64,000 nucleotides of DNA from Heterodontus francisci (lineage: Eukaryota). The notes under the pieces were generated by a model. It worked only from the letters and a program-made list of their open reading frames with translations, had not been told where the DNA came from and did not search any database. Where the stretch lies: the NCBI RefSeq assembly GCF_036365525.1, contig NC_090373.1, positions 64,238,441 through 64,302,440 on the forward strand, written 5' to 3'. The position numbers and the translations under genes are program-made. Below, one piece after another: positions 24,569 to 37,259 of the stretch (position 1 is the first letter of the stretch; each line of letters begins with the position of its first letter).

Positions 24569-25124
24569 GTTGTTTGGTGCGGTGTATCAGTCCACCTTTC
24601 GGGCAATGACCCTGAGCTCCAAGCACCCATTGAAGCAGGCAGACTGTGGCGGGACAGAACCTTATTGACCGGGGGCTGCCCGGTTTGAGGCGGGCGGTAG
24701 CTGTCCAGTGAGGTGCAATGACCTCTCCCACCGACAAAGGCAACCCGTGGCGCCCAGTTTCTACGCCAATTTATCTGGACTTATAACCCGTAACTGCTGC
24801 CTTCCGTGTTGTTTTAGTCGCTGTGAGGCAACTATGGAGTGACCTCTCCATGGCGCATGCCTGGGCAAATTTATGGAGGTTGAGAGTTGCCCAGTCGTCA
24901 AAACCCCCCTCTCGGCCTTTCTGGTGGGGTCCAAAGGAGTGCAGGACACGACGTTTGGCACCAGTATGGCTGCAGGAACTGCCGGAAACATGCCAAAGGT
25001 GACACATGACCGCCTACGGGGTTCCGCTCCGGATTTTCTGTTAGGGTTTACTCCCTTAGCCTTGGTCTCTCCCGAGACGCCCACAAGGCAGTGGGGTTGT
25101 TGTTGGGGCCCCTACACAGGTGTA

Positions 25125-25336
25125 GGATGGTGCCGGTGGGAGGAGGGGATGCAAGGGGGAGGGGTAGAGGGAGGGGGTGGGGGGGGATGCAGGGGAAGGG
25201 GGTGCGGGGTGAAGATGGTGCGGGGGGGGCGGGCTGGGACGGGGTTGTGAGGGGGTGAACTGAGAGGGTGGAGCAGGGAAGGGGACGGGGGTGGGGGGGG
25301 GTGGAAGGGGGGTAAAGGGGGGGGGAGGGGGGGTGG
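25125..25336 (+). repeat. G-run low-complexity tract (G-quadruplex-prone) in the RTE 5' region
   Basis: Dense series of G3-G8 runs separated by short spacers. Confidence 0.85.
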
Positions 25337-26116
25337 AATCTGGTGCAGGTAATAAGCCATTTCCTCAGTGCCCACCATCGACGTCCGGAAAGCTCATCCA
25401 CGTCCTTCGGGAGGTGAAGCATCATTTGGCAGACTTAGAGGTGATTACATTTGCTAAGGGTTTTTTTTTCCAGTGGTTTAAATAAAGGCATGCAGCATTG
25501 CCGACAGTGCGCTGCAGATGCTCTCCGAGCCATCTCCCGCGGGCGCTTTGAAGTTGCGGCCGGGGGGGCCGTTCGTGGATGTTTTGGGTGTTCGGGGCAC
25601 CTTTTCACAGGACTTCTCTCGGGTCCCGCAGCTCCTTCTTCACCTCAATGGACTTACCGCATGCCGTGGCTGCAGACACTCTGGACTGTGAAGACAGCAG
25701 GATCGGAGATTAAAGTATCGGCAGCTGTTCTCGTCAGTTTCATCCGGATCAATTTCATTGAGAAAACAAAGAGCAGGTGTGGCTGGGGGAGGGCAGTGGG
25801 CCCAGGTAACAGACACTGAACTAACTGTTAACTTTTAGATAGGGCTAAAATGAACTGATTTAAAGAGCCAGGGGAATTTAAACAGTTTAAGAGGGCAGAT
25901 TGGGGGAGAAAACGTTAGGGATGGGAGCAGATGGCCATGGATAGAGTTGAACAGCAAGGGAGCTTCCTAGGGAGCTTCCAGCCCAGGAGCCATCTTAAGT
26001 GAAGATTATTATATTGTCGATAATACACTTTAGTACGTAAGCAAGTCTTCTTAGATTTGTTTTATGGAGCTGACAATCCATGGATTGGGGGAGGGGTTTA
26101 GTACATTTCGGCATAA

Positions 26117-26376
26117 TTTTTTTTTATTTGTTTCATGGGATGTGGACATCACTGGCAAGGCCAGCAATTTCTGCCCATCCTTAATTGCCCTTGAGAAGGT
26201 GGTGGTGGTGAGCTGCCTTCTTGATCTGCTGCAATCCATCTGGTGTGAGTACAACCATAGTTCTGTTAGGAAGGGAGTAGCAGGATTTTGATCCAGTGAC
26301 TGTGAAGGAATGGAGATATATTTCCAAGTCAAGATGGTGTGTGGCTTGGAGGGTAGCTTGCAGATCGTGGTGTTCT
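26117..26376 (-). mobile_element. 3' tail of CR1-superfamily family B LINE
   Basis: Reverse complement of the 3' end seen at ~32770-33011 (aaggcagctcaccacc...gggcaattaaggatgggca). Confidence 0.85.
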
Positions 26377-26389
26377 GATGAGAGGTGTG

Positions 26390-26970
26390 TGGCCAATTTA
26401 AATAATTAAAAGCTCAATTGAAAGCTAATTTCCTGGGCCGCTGGCATTTTGCTGGCAGCGCAGTGACCCCCTGCCACATTTCATGATGGCCAACTGCATA
26501 GAGGTAGCCTCCCAGAAGCATCCCGGGGTGGTGAGGTGGGAGCGGTTTGTGCGGTGGGGGCTTTGATTTCTGGAGACTCCGAAGAGGGAGCCCTCAGTCG
26601 CAAAGGCTGCCCCCATAGTCCCAATGTCGCTGCGCGAGCCATTTCCCCTCCGATTGCTGGGACTTGCTTGCCTGGCCATGGCACAGAAACAAGTTTCCTA
26701 CCTGCCATGCAAGGCATCCCAATATGGATGTGCCCTGTCATTCCCCTTGCAGTCTCAGTAGCAGCCATCTCTATCAGTGGCGCTGTCAAGGCTGCTGAAT
26801 TGTGGGGAGGTAGCCCGCCATCCTTAATTGGATGGAGGGCCCAGCAACGGCCTCTTAATTGGCCACTGCCGGGAAGATTGCCACCACGTTTCCACTGCCC
26901 ACCTGTGCAGTCTCAGGACCCGCATTGTGCCCCGACATCGGGACTTACCTCATGCCAGAAAATCCCATCC
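26390..26970. mobile_element. Partial GC-rich MITE
   Basis: Ends 'ccagaaaatcccatcc'; internal motifs are the reverse complement of those at 15780-15870. Confidence 0.6.
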
Positions 26971-27009
26971 AACATCTGGTCAAGCAAGCAGATATAGAGG
27001 AAATATGAG

Positions 27010-27380
27010 TTAACATCCATAAGAGTTAAGACTACTTAAGAAAGTGTCTGACATCACTGAACCCCAGAAAGTACCTCTGCAGATCTGTAAAAAAGCATCC
27101 CAGTCAAGACGCCCAGAAATGTTCAGCAAAGGGAAAAGTTGTAGATCCAGAAACTGGCTCACTCCCAAGGTCTTCTGCTGTCCTTCTGCTGGAAGGCCCA
27201 TGCAATTTTGGAACCCAGATAGTGTGAAAGTTATGCTTATTACCAACTAAGCATCTGGTGGAGCAGGTGTCCATTACTGGTGACAGCCTGAGGTGCTGAG
27301 ACATCAGGAATTCCGTAAACATGTTTCTATCTCATAAGGGTCTGCAGGTCTGATAGAGTCATGTGAAGTTCCTCTGGAAT
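27010..27380 (-). mobile_element. Old L1/Tx1-like ORF2 C-terminal relic
   Basis: TCSTRCLVGNKHNFHTIWVPKL (like C.RC....GT..H.IW.CPKL) followed by TLGVSQFLDLQLFPLL. Confidence 0.45.
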
Positions 27381-28584
27381 TCACTGATTCCACGATCAAA
27401 ACTAAAGTCGGTTTCAGATTTTTTTTTATCCTGTGGGAGGCAAAAATTTCAAAATCTTACCATAAATATCAAGGGGGCAAAATTCATTTGTGTCGCGCTG
27501 TTTCAATGAATCATATCAATGAAAAGCACCGTGCAGGCTGTGCAGGTAGCTGTACACGGTGTTGCCTGTCCCAGAGAATCGACACCAGTCTGCGTAGCAC
27601 TGCTAGAAGCCAAACTACGTGAACAAATTTCTCCCCCCAAGGTTTTAGATTTGATGTCATAGATGAGACTGATACCTCCACTTAAACATTAACCTTGTTT
27701 CCAAATATTTTGCAAAGTGAACAGTATTATTATCTTCTCCATTAGAAACTCTTAGTTAAAACAATATTGAATAAGATAATCAGATGAAACAGCTGGAGCT
27801 CCACTATTTTATTAATAAATGGGAAGTTGCCGGAACATGAACTATTTTGACTGTAAGACTGAGCTTTCACTGTTTATGAACAATTGTGTGAGATAATGAA
27901 GAGGGACTGAGATTTAGGCAGCTTGAACAGAAAGGGTTGATCCCTGGAGAGGTACTGCAGATACAGGGCTGGTTGATTTTCATACTAGAGTGCAATAGAA
28001 ATTTGGAGAACAGTTTGATTCTGCATATATTTTTAGCAAGGCAACTTTGAAGGCATGCTTTGAGTTATCATCATCAGAAAGAAAGACACTGGAAACGTTG
28101 TGATGAAAACAAAAAAATATAAAGCCTGGAATAAGGAAAGGCCATTCATCATGCCAAGTCCATTCCTACTATCACAAACTCTCCTCAGCCTAGTTAAACA
28201 TTCATGGAAAGATTCTGCAGTTTCCCCCTGCCTCTCAAAGGTGTTAGAACACTGGCACTAATACCCTGACAAGAATATTCATCAAGGGCAGCAGACAAAT
28301 CCTTGAAAGCTTCACCTTAACTGCTCATCAAGGAACCGTCGGGGGTTTACTATCAAGTTAATGCTTAAAAGTTAATGATGTCTAAATTTGGCTTGCTGGA
28401 CAGCCTTACATCAATCAGCTTGAATTATATTAACATTCATATTACCAGCCTCCCATGAGGTTCTGCACAAACTAAACAATGAATGAATTAACCCTTTCTT
28501 GCCAGTTATCAAAGAGTCAAGTAACAAAATCATGAACTAACAATTGCTTATTAACCTTAGAATCAAAGTTATTAACAATTAATT

Positions 28585-28830
28585 ACATAGAATTACATAG
28601 AAAATACCATACAGAAACAGGTCATTTGGCTCAACCAGTTCAGGTTGGCATGTATGCTCCTTTCGAGCCTCTTCCCATCCTTCCTCACCAGCATAATTCT
28701 CTATTCCCTTCTCCCTCATATGCTTATCTAGCCTCTTCTTAAACGCATCTGTATTTTTTACCTCAACTTCTGCCTGTGAAAGAAGTTCCATATTCTCACC
28801 ACACTCTGGGCACAGAAGGTTTGTCAGAAT
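28585..28830 (-). mobile_element. CR1 3' end fragment
   Basis: ORF 28579-28791 contains DAFKKRLDKHMREKGIENY. Confidence 0.75.
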
Positions 28831-29569
28831 TTCCGATTCCTTGTTTAGCTGTTAAGGTGAAGCTTTCAAGGATTTGTCTGGTACTCTTAATAAATATTCC
28901 TGAATTCCCTAAGTATCCAAATAATTAATAATTAGGGTTAATTGATAATATAAATAATAAACTTTACTATCGCAATTCAGTTATGTCACGGTAATTCAGC
29001 AGCAACGGAAATTGCAATGGAGTTCAGTGTCTGAGATTGCAATAAGTGTAAAGGTTAAGTTAGGATTAGACCCCCTTAGATAGTTTACGTGTTAACAGCA
29101 ATAAATAGCCAGTCTACTGAAGAGATTGAAGTCATTGGCCATGCAATTTGGCACCTTTGAGCCTGGTTTTTCGGTACAATGAGTGTCATTTTGCCTCGAA
29201 AATGGTGTTCATGTGCATACAGACACTTCCGGTGTGAGCTATGCCGCGCATCATTTTGTTGATGACATTAGTCCGCTCACAGGGAGAATCCACAGGATAT
29301 TTTGGAGTTCAATACACCAGCCAATGCCCTTTCTTAATTTTGCACAGCTGAGCACATATTCAGCAGCAGGAAGGGCTCCCCACTTAGCACTATTTAAAGG
29401 GATCATCATTTACTTTCAGGCTAGTCGCTGATCGATTTCTACTGGCTGTTGCTGTGATTGTAGAAATGTTTGGTGGTTAAAGTAACTAAACTCTACTTGG
29501 AGTGTTGTAACAGGTACTGAAGGACTTGGTCCTGACTTCAAGGAATCTGCACAAACCACTTGCTCCAAG

Positions 29570-31690
29570 ACATGGGTACAGTCGTATGCATTCCATTTGG
29601 ACTATAGCATGACCAGGAGAATGAGCATAATTGACAGGCAGGCCAAGCTGGTGGAAGTGGAAGAAGGAGGAGGAGGAGAGGGGTTCTCAGCTGGAGTCCT
29701 TAACTGCTCAGAGTGCTCAGGGAGCAATTCTCCTACCTGAACCTCAGTGAGGAACAGTGTGTGAGATATCCCTGCTTCACGTAGGATGTCCTCACTGAAA
29801 TCTTCCACCCGATGCAGCCAATATTGCAACCTCTGAGTAGGTGCGAACGGCATTACCAATGGCTATGAAGGTGAATGTGGCCATGAACTTTTAAGCATCA
29901 GCCTCCTTCCAGGCTGGAGCAGGAAATATTTGCAACATGTCCAACTTTGCCTTCCATTGTGGCAGAAGGGAGGTCACTGAGGCTCTGTATTCCAAAAGAG
30001 ATGAATACATTTCATTCTCTCTTGGCAGAGAGAAGGTGCCAGAGCTTGTGGTTTTGCGATCATTTCAGGCTTTTCCATGGTGCAGGGTGTCATTTGCTGC
30101 ATGCAAGTCGCTTTGCAGCCTGCATGTCAACACTGAAATGTACCACAACTGAAAGAGATTTTGCCCCCCTCAATGTCCAGCTTGTGTGCAACGATATGCA
30201 ATGTGTTGAAATCACACCTGCCAAATGCAAACATATTAATTTTGGCATATGGGACACTACTTGAACCTTTTTTTACTGGATGTTGCACATAATTTGTTTC
30301 AAAGAACAACAGAACTGAACAGCTGAAAACATGGTTGCACATTTGCATTCTGAGAGACAGTTGGATAGCGAGACAATGAGAGTGCTCAATTAACAAGATT
30401 GGTTTGGGCAATAGTGATGATCCACATCTTGTCTGTGTAAAACCCAGAGCTCTACCCCCCACCGAGTGTGTCTGGAAAGCTTTGAAGTCCAGCAACCCAC
30501 CCCACCACCACCACTCCCCCACCCCCAAGAAGCTGCTGTTTCACGCAAAGAGAGGGTCACATGACCTACCTGCTGGCCAGACTGGGGTCTTTTTGAATTG
30601 TGCCACACAGAAAGGACAGACTGCAATTTGAACAGAAAGGAGAAGGAAGGTCTCCCTCTCTCTGTCTCTCTCTCCAGCAAAGTCCCAGAAAAACCACGGT
30701 GGCAGTTTCTACGCTTCAAGACTACAGAACTTATGAGGTGATCATCAAGAAGATAACTGAAACCTCTCTTCGACCTTCTGGTACCAGAGAAGCAAGTTGC
30801 AAATTGTGCACTGAGGCCCAGTGAGGACTCTAAGACCTTAACTTCAAGCATGAACTTTACATCAAAGACACAAAAGACAGTGCTTGTATTCCATTTATTA
30901 CAAACTCTACTTCAATCCCCCAACTCTTTCTCCCTCTTTGCATCTATTTGTGTGTGTGTGTTTCTCTCATATGCATGCTAGCATAGTTACATCACGTATT
31001 TTAGTAATTTTAACTGAGTTAGAGTGATAAGGCTAATAAACTTACATCTTTCTTGTTTAAACCTAAGAAAACCTGCCTGATTGGTTCATTTACAATTACA
31101 GTTAGAGAGCAGTGAGCAAAGACTTACTGAGGTGGTCAGCTAAAATCATTGTATTTTTAAAAGTTCATCCCTATTATGGCCACATCAGGAAAAGAGCAAG
31201 GGGGAGCCTGAGACCCCTTCCTCACCAGGTCAGAACAGCACGATATCATCCAGGTCAATGCCCAATATGCTGGCAGCAATTATGATGCCTTTATTCTGCA
31301 ACAATCTGCTCTTCCATCTGCATTTGATCCACCATGACAAACCAGAGGGTAGAGGATGGTTACTGGGCAACAATCCTTTGATTACATGGCTCATGACTCT
31401 GATACACAACACATGCACATGTGGACAATATGCATAAAACGGAGGGCGTTGTTGCCACGCAAAACATCATTGAACTGACCATTGGGATACTAATAAAACA
31501 CTTCCACTGCCAGGAGCACTCTGTAAGAGCCCTGCAGTACCCTGCAGAGCATGAGTCAAGATTCGTTGTGATCTGCTGCATGCTGCCATCTTGAGGACAT
31601 AGCCCTTGCCACCACCAAACAGTAACCAGCTGTGGATGGGCAGGAGGTAGAAGAGAAGGAGGAAGAAGAAGGCAGGAGGAAAATAACACA
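29570..31690 (+). pseudogene. Harbinger (HARBI1-like) DDE transposase pseudogene split by an LTR
   Basis: ALPMAMKVNVAMNF*ASASFQAGAGNIC...EVTEALY...YISF; PLNVQLVCND | LTR | IIQVNAQYAGSNYDAFIL...GWLLGN...WLMT...ATQNIIELTIGIL. Confidence 0.85.
30202..31237 (+). mobile_element. Solo LTR inserted in the Harbinger transposase
   Basis: TG...ctcaccaggtcagaaca; related to 49241-50049 (cacctgccaa start, catgcatgctagc, aataaa, ctcacctggtcgtaaca). TSD imperfect (gcaa/gcac). Confidence 0.75.
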
Positions 31691-31980
31691 GCCCCTTTCT
31701 GACCAGGTTGCCCATGATCGGTTCATCTGATTTCAATACCAGTAAACACAGCCCCAATTCCCCATCACCAACAGTCCCACACCTTCCCTTCCCTGTGTTA
31801 CTGACCATCACAGTGTCCACTTGGACACAATGCAAAAAAAAGCTGAGACAAATAAAACATTCCAAACTAGGTTATTTGCATACAAATGCCAATTAATTAT
31901 CCTTGTTCATTCCCTTAATGCCTGTCTTCTATGTGCCTTTGCCTGTCCTAGTGCTCCTACACAGCACTGCTCGAGAGGTT

Positions 31981-33011
31981 ATGGTTGTGGTTTTTGGAGG
32001 TCAATCATCTGAGCTCCAGGACATCACTGCAGGAGTTCCTCAGGGTAATGTCCTAGGCCCAACCATCTTCAGCTGCTTCATCAATGACCTTCCTTCAATC
32101 ATAAGGTCAGAAGTGGGGATGTTCGCTGATGATTGTACAATGTTCAGCACCATTCGTGACTCATCAGATACTGAAGCAGTCTGTGTAGAAATGCAACAAG
32201 ACCTGGACAATATCCAGGCTTGGGCTGATAAGTGGCAAGTAACATTCGTGCCACACAAGTGCCAGGCAATGACCATGTCCAACAGGAGAGAATCTAACCA
32301 TCTCCCCTTGACATTCAATGGCATTACCATCACTGAATCCCCCACTATCAACATCCTAGGGGCTACCATTGACCAGAAGCTGAACTGGAGTAGCCATATA
32401 AATACTGTGGCTACAAGTGCAGGTCAGAGGCTAGGAATCCTGCAGTGAGTAACTCACCTCCTGACTCCCCAAAGCCTGTCCACCATCTACAAGGCACAAG
32501 TCAGGAGTGTGATGGAATACTCTCCACTTACCTGGATGGGTGCAGCTCCAACAACATTCAAGAAGTTCGACACCATCCAGGACAAAGCAGCCCGCTTGAT
32601 TGGCACCCCATCTACAAACATTCACTCCCTCCACCACCGACGCACAGTGGCAACAGTGTGTACCATCTACAAGATGCACTGCAGCAAGGCACCAAGGCTA
32701 CTTAGACTGCACCTTCCAAACCCGCGACCACGACCAACTAGAAGGACAAGGGAAGCAAATGCATGGGAACACCACCACCTGCAGGTTCCCCTCTAAGTTA
32801 CATCCTGACTTGGAACTATATTGCCCTTCCTTCACTGTCGCTGGGTCAAAATATGGAACTCCCTTCCTAACAGCACTGTGGGTGTACATACCCCAAATGG
32901 ACTGCAGCAGTTCAAGAAGGCAGCTCCCCACCTTCTCAAGGGAAATTAGGGATGGGCAATAAATGCTGGCCTGGCCAGCGATGCCCAAATCCCATGAATG
33001 AATAAAAAAAA
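31981..33011 (+). mobile_element. 5'-truncated CR1-superfamily family B LINE
   Basis: GVPQGNVLGPTIFSCFINDLP...MFADDC...WADKWQVTF; 3' end gaatgaataaaaaaa; possible TSD aggtt. Confidence 0.92.
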
Positions 33012-33193
33012 AGGTTGATGACTTTCGGTGGGGGAGACTGCAGACGGCCGTGCAGGACAACCTCGATTAACTCTGGTCCTGGGAGGTCCGGCTTTGGACT
33101 GCACCATCTTGTCATGGGTGGCAGCTGTCTGGGCTGGCTAGCAACTTGCAACAAAGACATTAACGGAGTGGCAGTGGTAGGAGGACGAATGCT

Positions 33194-35905
33194 ATAGTCC
33201 AACTAGGGATGGGGCCGTACTGGGCCTGGTATTTGGGAATGAGCCCGGCCAGGTGGTCGAAGTTTCAGTAGGGGAGCATTTCGGAAACAGTGACCATAAT
33301 TCCATAAGTTTTATGGTACTTGTGGATAAGGATAAGAGTAGTCCTCGGGTGAAGGTGCTAAATTGGGGGAAGGCTAATTATAACCATATTAGGCAGGAAC
33401 TGAAGAATTTAGATTGCGGGCAGCTATTTGAGGGTAAATCAACATCTGATATGTGGGAGTCTTTCAAACGTCAGTTGATTAGAATCCAGGACCAGCATGT
33501 TCCTGTGAGGAAGAAGGATACGTTTGGCAAGTTTCGGGAACCTTGGATAAAGCGGGATATTGTGAGCCTAGTCAAAAAGAAAAAGGAAGCATTCATAAGG
33601 GCTGGAAGGCTAGGAACAGACAAATCCCTTGAGGAATATAAAGACAGTAGGAAGGAACTTAAGCAAGGAGTCAGGAGGGCTAAAAGGGTTAATGAGAAGT
33701 CATTGGCAAACAGGATTAAGGAAAATCCCAAGGCTTTTGATACGTATATAAAGAGCAAGAGGGTAACCAGGGAAAGGGTTGGCCCACTCAAGGACAGAGA
33801 AGGGAATCTATGTGTGGAGCCAGAGGAAATGGGCGAGGTACTAAATGAGTACTTTGCATCAATATTCACCAAAGAGAAGGACTTGGTGGATGATGAGCCT
33901 AGGAAAGGGAGTGTAGATAGACTCAGTCATCTCATTATCAAAAAGGAGGAGGTGTTGGGTGTCTTGCAAAGCATTAAGGTAGATAAGTCTCCAGGGCCTG
34001 ATGGGATCTACCCTAGAATACTGAGGGAGGCAAGGGAAGAAATTGCTGGGGCCTTGACAGAAATCTTTACATCCTCATTGGCTACAGGTGAGGTCCCAGA
34101 GGACTGGAGAATAACCAATGTTGTTCCTTTGATTAAGAAGGGTAGCAAGGATAATCCAGGAAATTATAGGCCGGTGAGGCTTACGTCAGTGGTTGGGAAA
34201 TTATTAGAGAGGATTCTTCGGGACAGGATTTACTCCCATTTGGAAACAATTTGGGCGGCACAGTGGCGCAGTGGTTAGCACTGCAGCCTCACAGCTCCAG
34301 GGACCCGGGTTCGATTCTGGGTACTGCCTGTGTGGAGTTTGCAAGTTCTCCCTGTGTCTGCGTGGGTTTTCTCCGGGTGCTCCGGTTTCCTCCCACAAGC
34401 CAAAAGACTTGCAGGTTGATAGGTAAATTGGCCATTATAAATTGTCACTAGTATAGGTAGGTGGTAGGGAAATATAGGGACAGGTGGGGATGTTTGGTAG
34501 GAATATGGGATTAGTGTAGGATTAGTATAAATGGGTGGTTGATGGGCACAGACTCGGTGGGCCGAAGGGCCTGTTTCAGTGCTGTATCTCTAATCTAAAA
34601 ACTTATTAGTGAGAGACAGCATGGTTTTGTGAAGGGGAGGTCGTGTCTTACTAATTTGATTGAGTTTTTTGAGGAAGTGACGAAGATGATGAAGGAAGGG
34701 CAGTGGATGTTATCTATATGGACATCAGTAAAGCCTTTCACAAGGTCCCTCATGACAGACTGGTACAAAAGGTGAAGTCACACGGGATCAGAGGGGAGCT
34801 GGCAAGATGGATACGGAACTGGCTCGGTCATAGAACACAAAGGGTAGCAGTGGAAGGGAGCTTTTCTGAATGGAGGGATGTGACTAGTGGTGTTCCGCAG
34901 GGATCAGTGCTGGGACCTTTGCTGTTTGTAGTATGAAAAATGATTTGGAGGAAAATGTAGCTGGTCTGATTAGTTATTTTGCGGACGACACAAAGGTTGG
35001 TGGAGTTGCGGACAGTGATGAGGATTGTTAGAGGATACAGCAGGATATAGATCGGTTGGAGACTTGGGCAGAGAAATGGCAGATGGAGTTTAATCCAGAC
35101 AAATGTGAGGTAATGCATTTTGGAAGGCCTAATGCAGGTGGGAAGTATACAGTAAATGGCACAACCCTTAGGTGTATTGACAGGCAGAGAGATCTGGGCG
35201 TACAGGTGCACAGGTCACTGAAAGTGGCAACGCAGGTGGGATAAGGTAGTCAAGAAGGCATACGGCATGCTTGCATTCATCGGTCGGGGCATAGAGTATA
35301 AAAATTGACAAGTCATGCTGCAGCTGTACAGAACTTTAGTTAGGCCACACTTAGAATATTGTGTGCAATTCTGGTTGCCACACTACCAGAAGGACGTGGA
35401 GGCTTTGGAGAGGGTACAGAAGAGGTTTACCAGGATGTTGCCTGATCTGGAGGGCATTAGCTATGAGGAGAGGTTGGATAAACTCAGATTGTTTTCACTG
35501 GAACGACGGAGGTGGAGGGGCGACATGATAAATGTTTACAAAGTTATAAGCGGCATGGACAGAGTGGATAGTCAGAAGCTTTTTCCCAGGGTGGAAGAGT
35601 CAGTTACTAGGGGACATAGGTTTAAGGTGAGAGGGGAAAAGTTTAGAGGGGATGTGCGAGGCAAATTCTTTACACAGAGGGTGGTAAGTGCCGGGAACTT
35701 GTTGCCGGAGGAGGTGGTGGAAGCAGGTACCATAGAGACGTTTAAGAGGCATCTTGACAAATACATGAATAGGATGGGAATAGAGGGATACGGACCCCGG
35801 AAGTGCAGAAGGTTTTAGTTTAGGCAGGCATCAAGATCGGCGCAGGCTTGGAGGGCCGAATGGCCTGTTCCTGTGCTGTACTGTTCTTTGTTCTTTGTTG
35901 TTCTT
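33194..35905 (+). mobile_element. 5'-truncated CR1 (HER1-like) LINE, interrupted by a SINE
   Basis: GEHFGNSDHN, KSPGPDGIYPRIL, NYRPVRLTSVVGK, GVPQGSVLGP, FADD, LVRPHLEYCVQFW; tail tgttctttgttctttg; possible TSD tgct; several stops and frameshifts. Confidence 0.93.
34253..34598 (+). mobile_element. HE1-type V-SINE inside CR1
   Basis: Nearly identical to 2465-2813; interrupts the CR1 ORF after IYSHLET. Confidence 0.92.
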
Positions 35906-36849
35906 TGCTGTCATCCTGAGAGAGGATAGTAGCTTTGTATTCCACTGAAGCACTGCCACTTCTCAGGGGCGGCACCTCAACAATCCTAGCATTCTGTCAG
36001 CGGCCCATTATATGCAATACCTGATATTTAATTCCATTGACTGCAATGGAATTAAATATCAAGCACTGTCTATAAGGGTGGCCGATCTGATACCACCCAT
36101 TTTGCGTCACTGCCTGACACGATTTTCTAGCCTGTTATCTGCCTGTCTTGCATCAATCTAAAATATATTAAAAATCTCAAATCTGCACGCACATCCTGTC
36201 AGCTATTTCTTTATAAATTCTGATGTCTATATTTATAATGGAAACTGCCTGTACCAACTAGGCACGCAGTAATCGCACTCTCCTGTTAGTGATGGCACTG
36301 TAGCACCTTAGTTCTCCGTCTCTCAGCTCCTTAGCCTGTACTGAGAGAAATGCTCCAATCAACGCCACTACTCTGCTTTCCAAATTGCAGTAGCTTTTGC
36401 TATGTAATGATTTATGACAATATTAAAAAAAGCATAATATAAAAATAAGAACTGGGCTCCAACTGTTCATTCTAGTCCCTTCACCTGAAGACTACGTTAG
36501 GAGAGGAGCTCCACGATGTTGCTCCAATTCTGCCACTGTAACTTTGCTGGATGTGTGCAAGAAATCCAGGCTTCCATTACACTTAACAGCAAAGCTGCAG
36601 TGACAGCTCAGGAGCAATCCTGAGGAAATTCCTAGCCTTGGTCTTGACTTCTCATGCAGTGTCATAAGCGAGTGATTCATGTAATGGAACATTTTACTTC
36701 AACAAGCCAATCATTACGAACCAATAAATTACAAAGTGAAATAGGAAAACTGACAAGCATTTTACATTTTTTTTAGTGTTGTGCCACTCTTTCTGTACAG
36801 CTGGCGTCAAATGATGCTGTGTTTTCATTGGCATCAACTTATCCCTCCC

Positions 36850-37250
36850 ATTGGAGGGATGTATATGCTGTTTGTGAGGGTGGAACTAATGTATAGGCCT
36901 CCAAGATGGGCAGTCCAGACTGTTGGATACTTTCCCAGCTCCAGATGGAGGCCACATATTACGTGTGCTCACCGGCATATATCCCACAGGTATTTAACCT
37001 GTATATTTATTGTGGGAGGAGTAGGGTTTCAGTACAGCGGGAGTTACAGCACTTTACCATTAGTAGTGGCAGTTATGCTAGGCTGTGCATCTCCAGTACA
37101 TCTTATGCCCTTGGATCATGGCAAGCATGCAGGGGAGTATCAGTGCTGGTCATGGCCTTTGTGGCACCTCTTGTCACTTCGTTGGATTGGGGACAGGACC
37201 AGAAAATGTATGTGAGTGTTCCACTCCGGCTGCCTTCTTTCCAGCATTCA
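36850..37250 (-). mobile_element. Old L1/Tx1-like 3' relic
   Basis: Minus strand ECWKEGSRSGTLTYIFWSCPQ matches the L1 ORF2 C-terminal Cys-rich motif. Confidence 0.6.
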
Positions 37251-37259
37251 TCCAATAGC

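Larger units (their letters stand above)
21324..26054 (-). mobile_element. Full-length RTE-clade LINE unit (4.73 kb)
   Basis: 11-bp direct repeat atttgttttat at 21313-21323 and 26055-26065; 3' tail ...ggaggcccaaaagaaga; intact ORF inside; CpG-rich relative to flanks. Confidence 0.85.
29160..36135. mobile_element. Decayed PIF/Harbinger element hosting nested insertions
   Basis: Transposase remnant at ~29570-31690; GC-rich continuation at 33012-33193 and ~35906-36135 between the inserted LINEs. Outer boundaries approximate. Confidence 0.55.

Noticed and set aside
24447-25425. Short minus-strand ORFs upstream of the RTE ORF as ORF1
   Set aside because: No recognisable domain; the proline-rich ones derive from the C-rich tract.
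25720-25750. CUGACGA near GAAAC on the minus strand as a hammerhead
   Set aside because: Order and stems do not fit a hammerhead fold.
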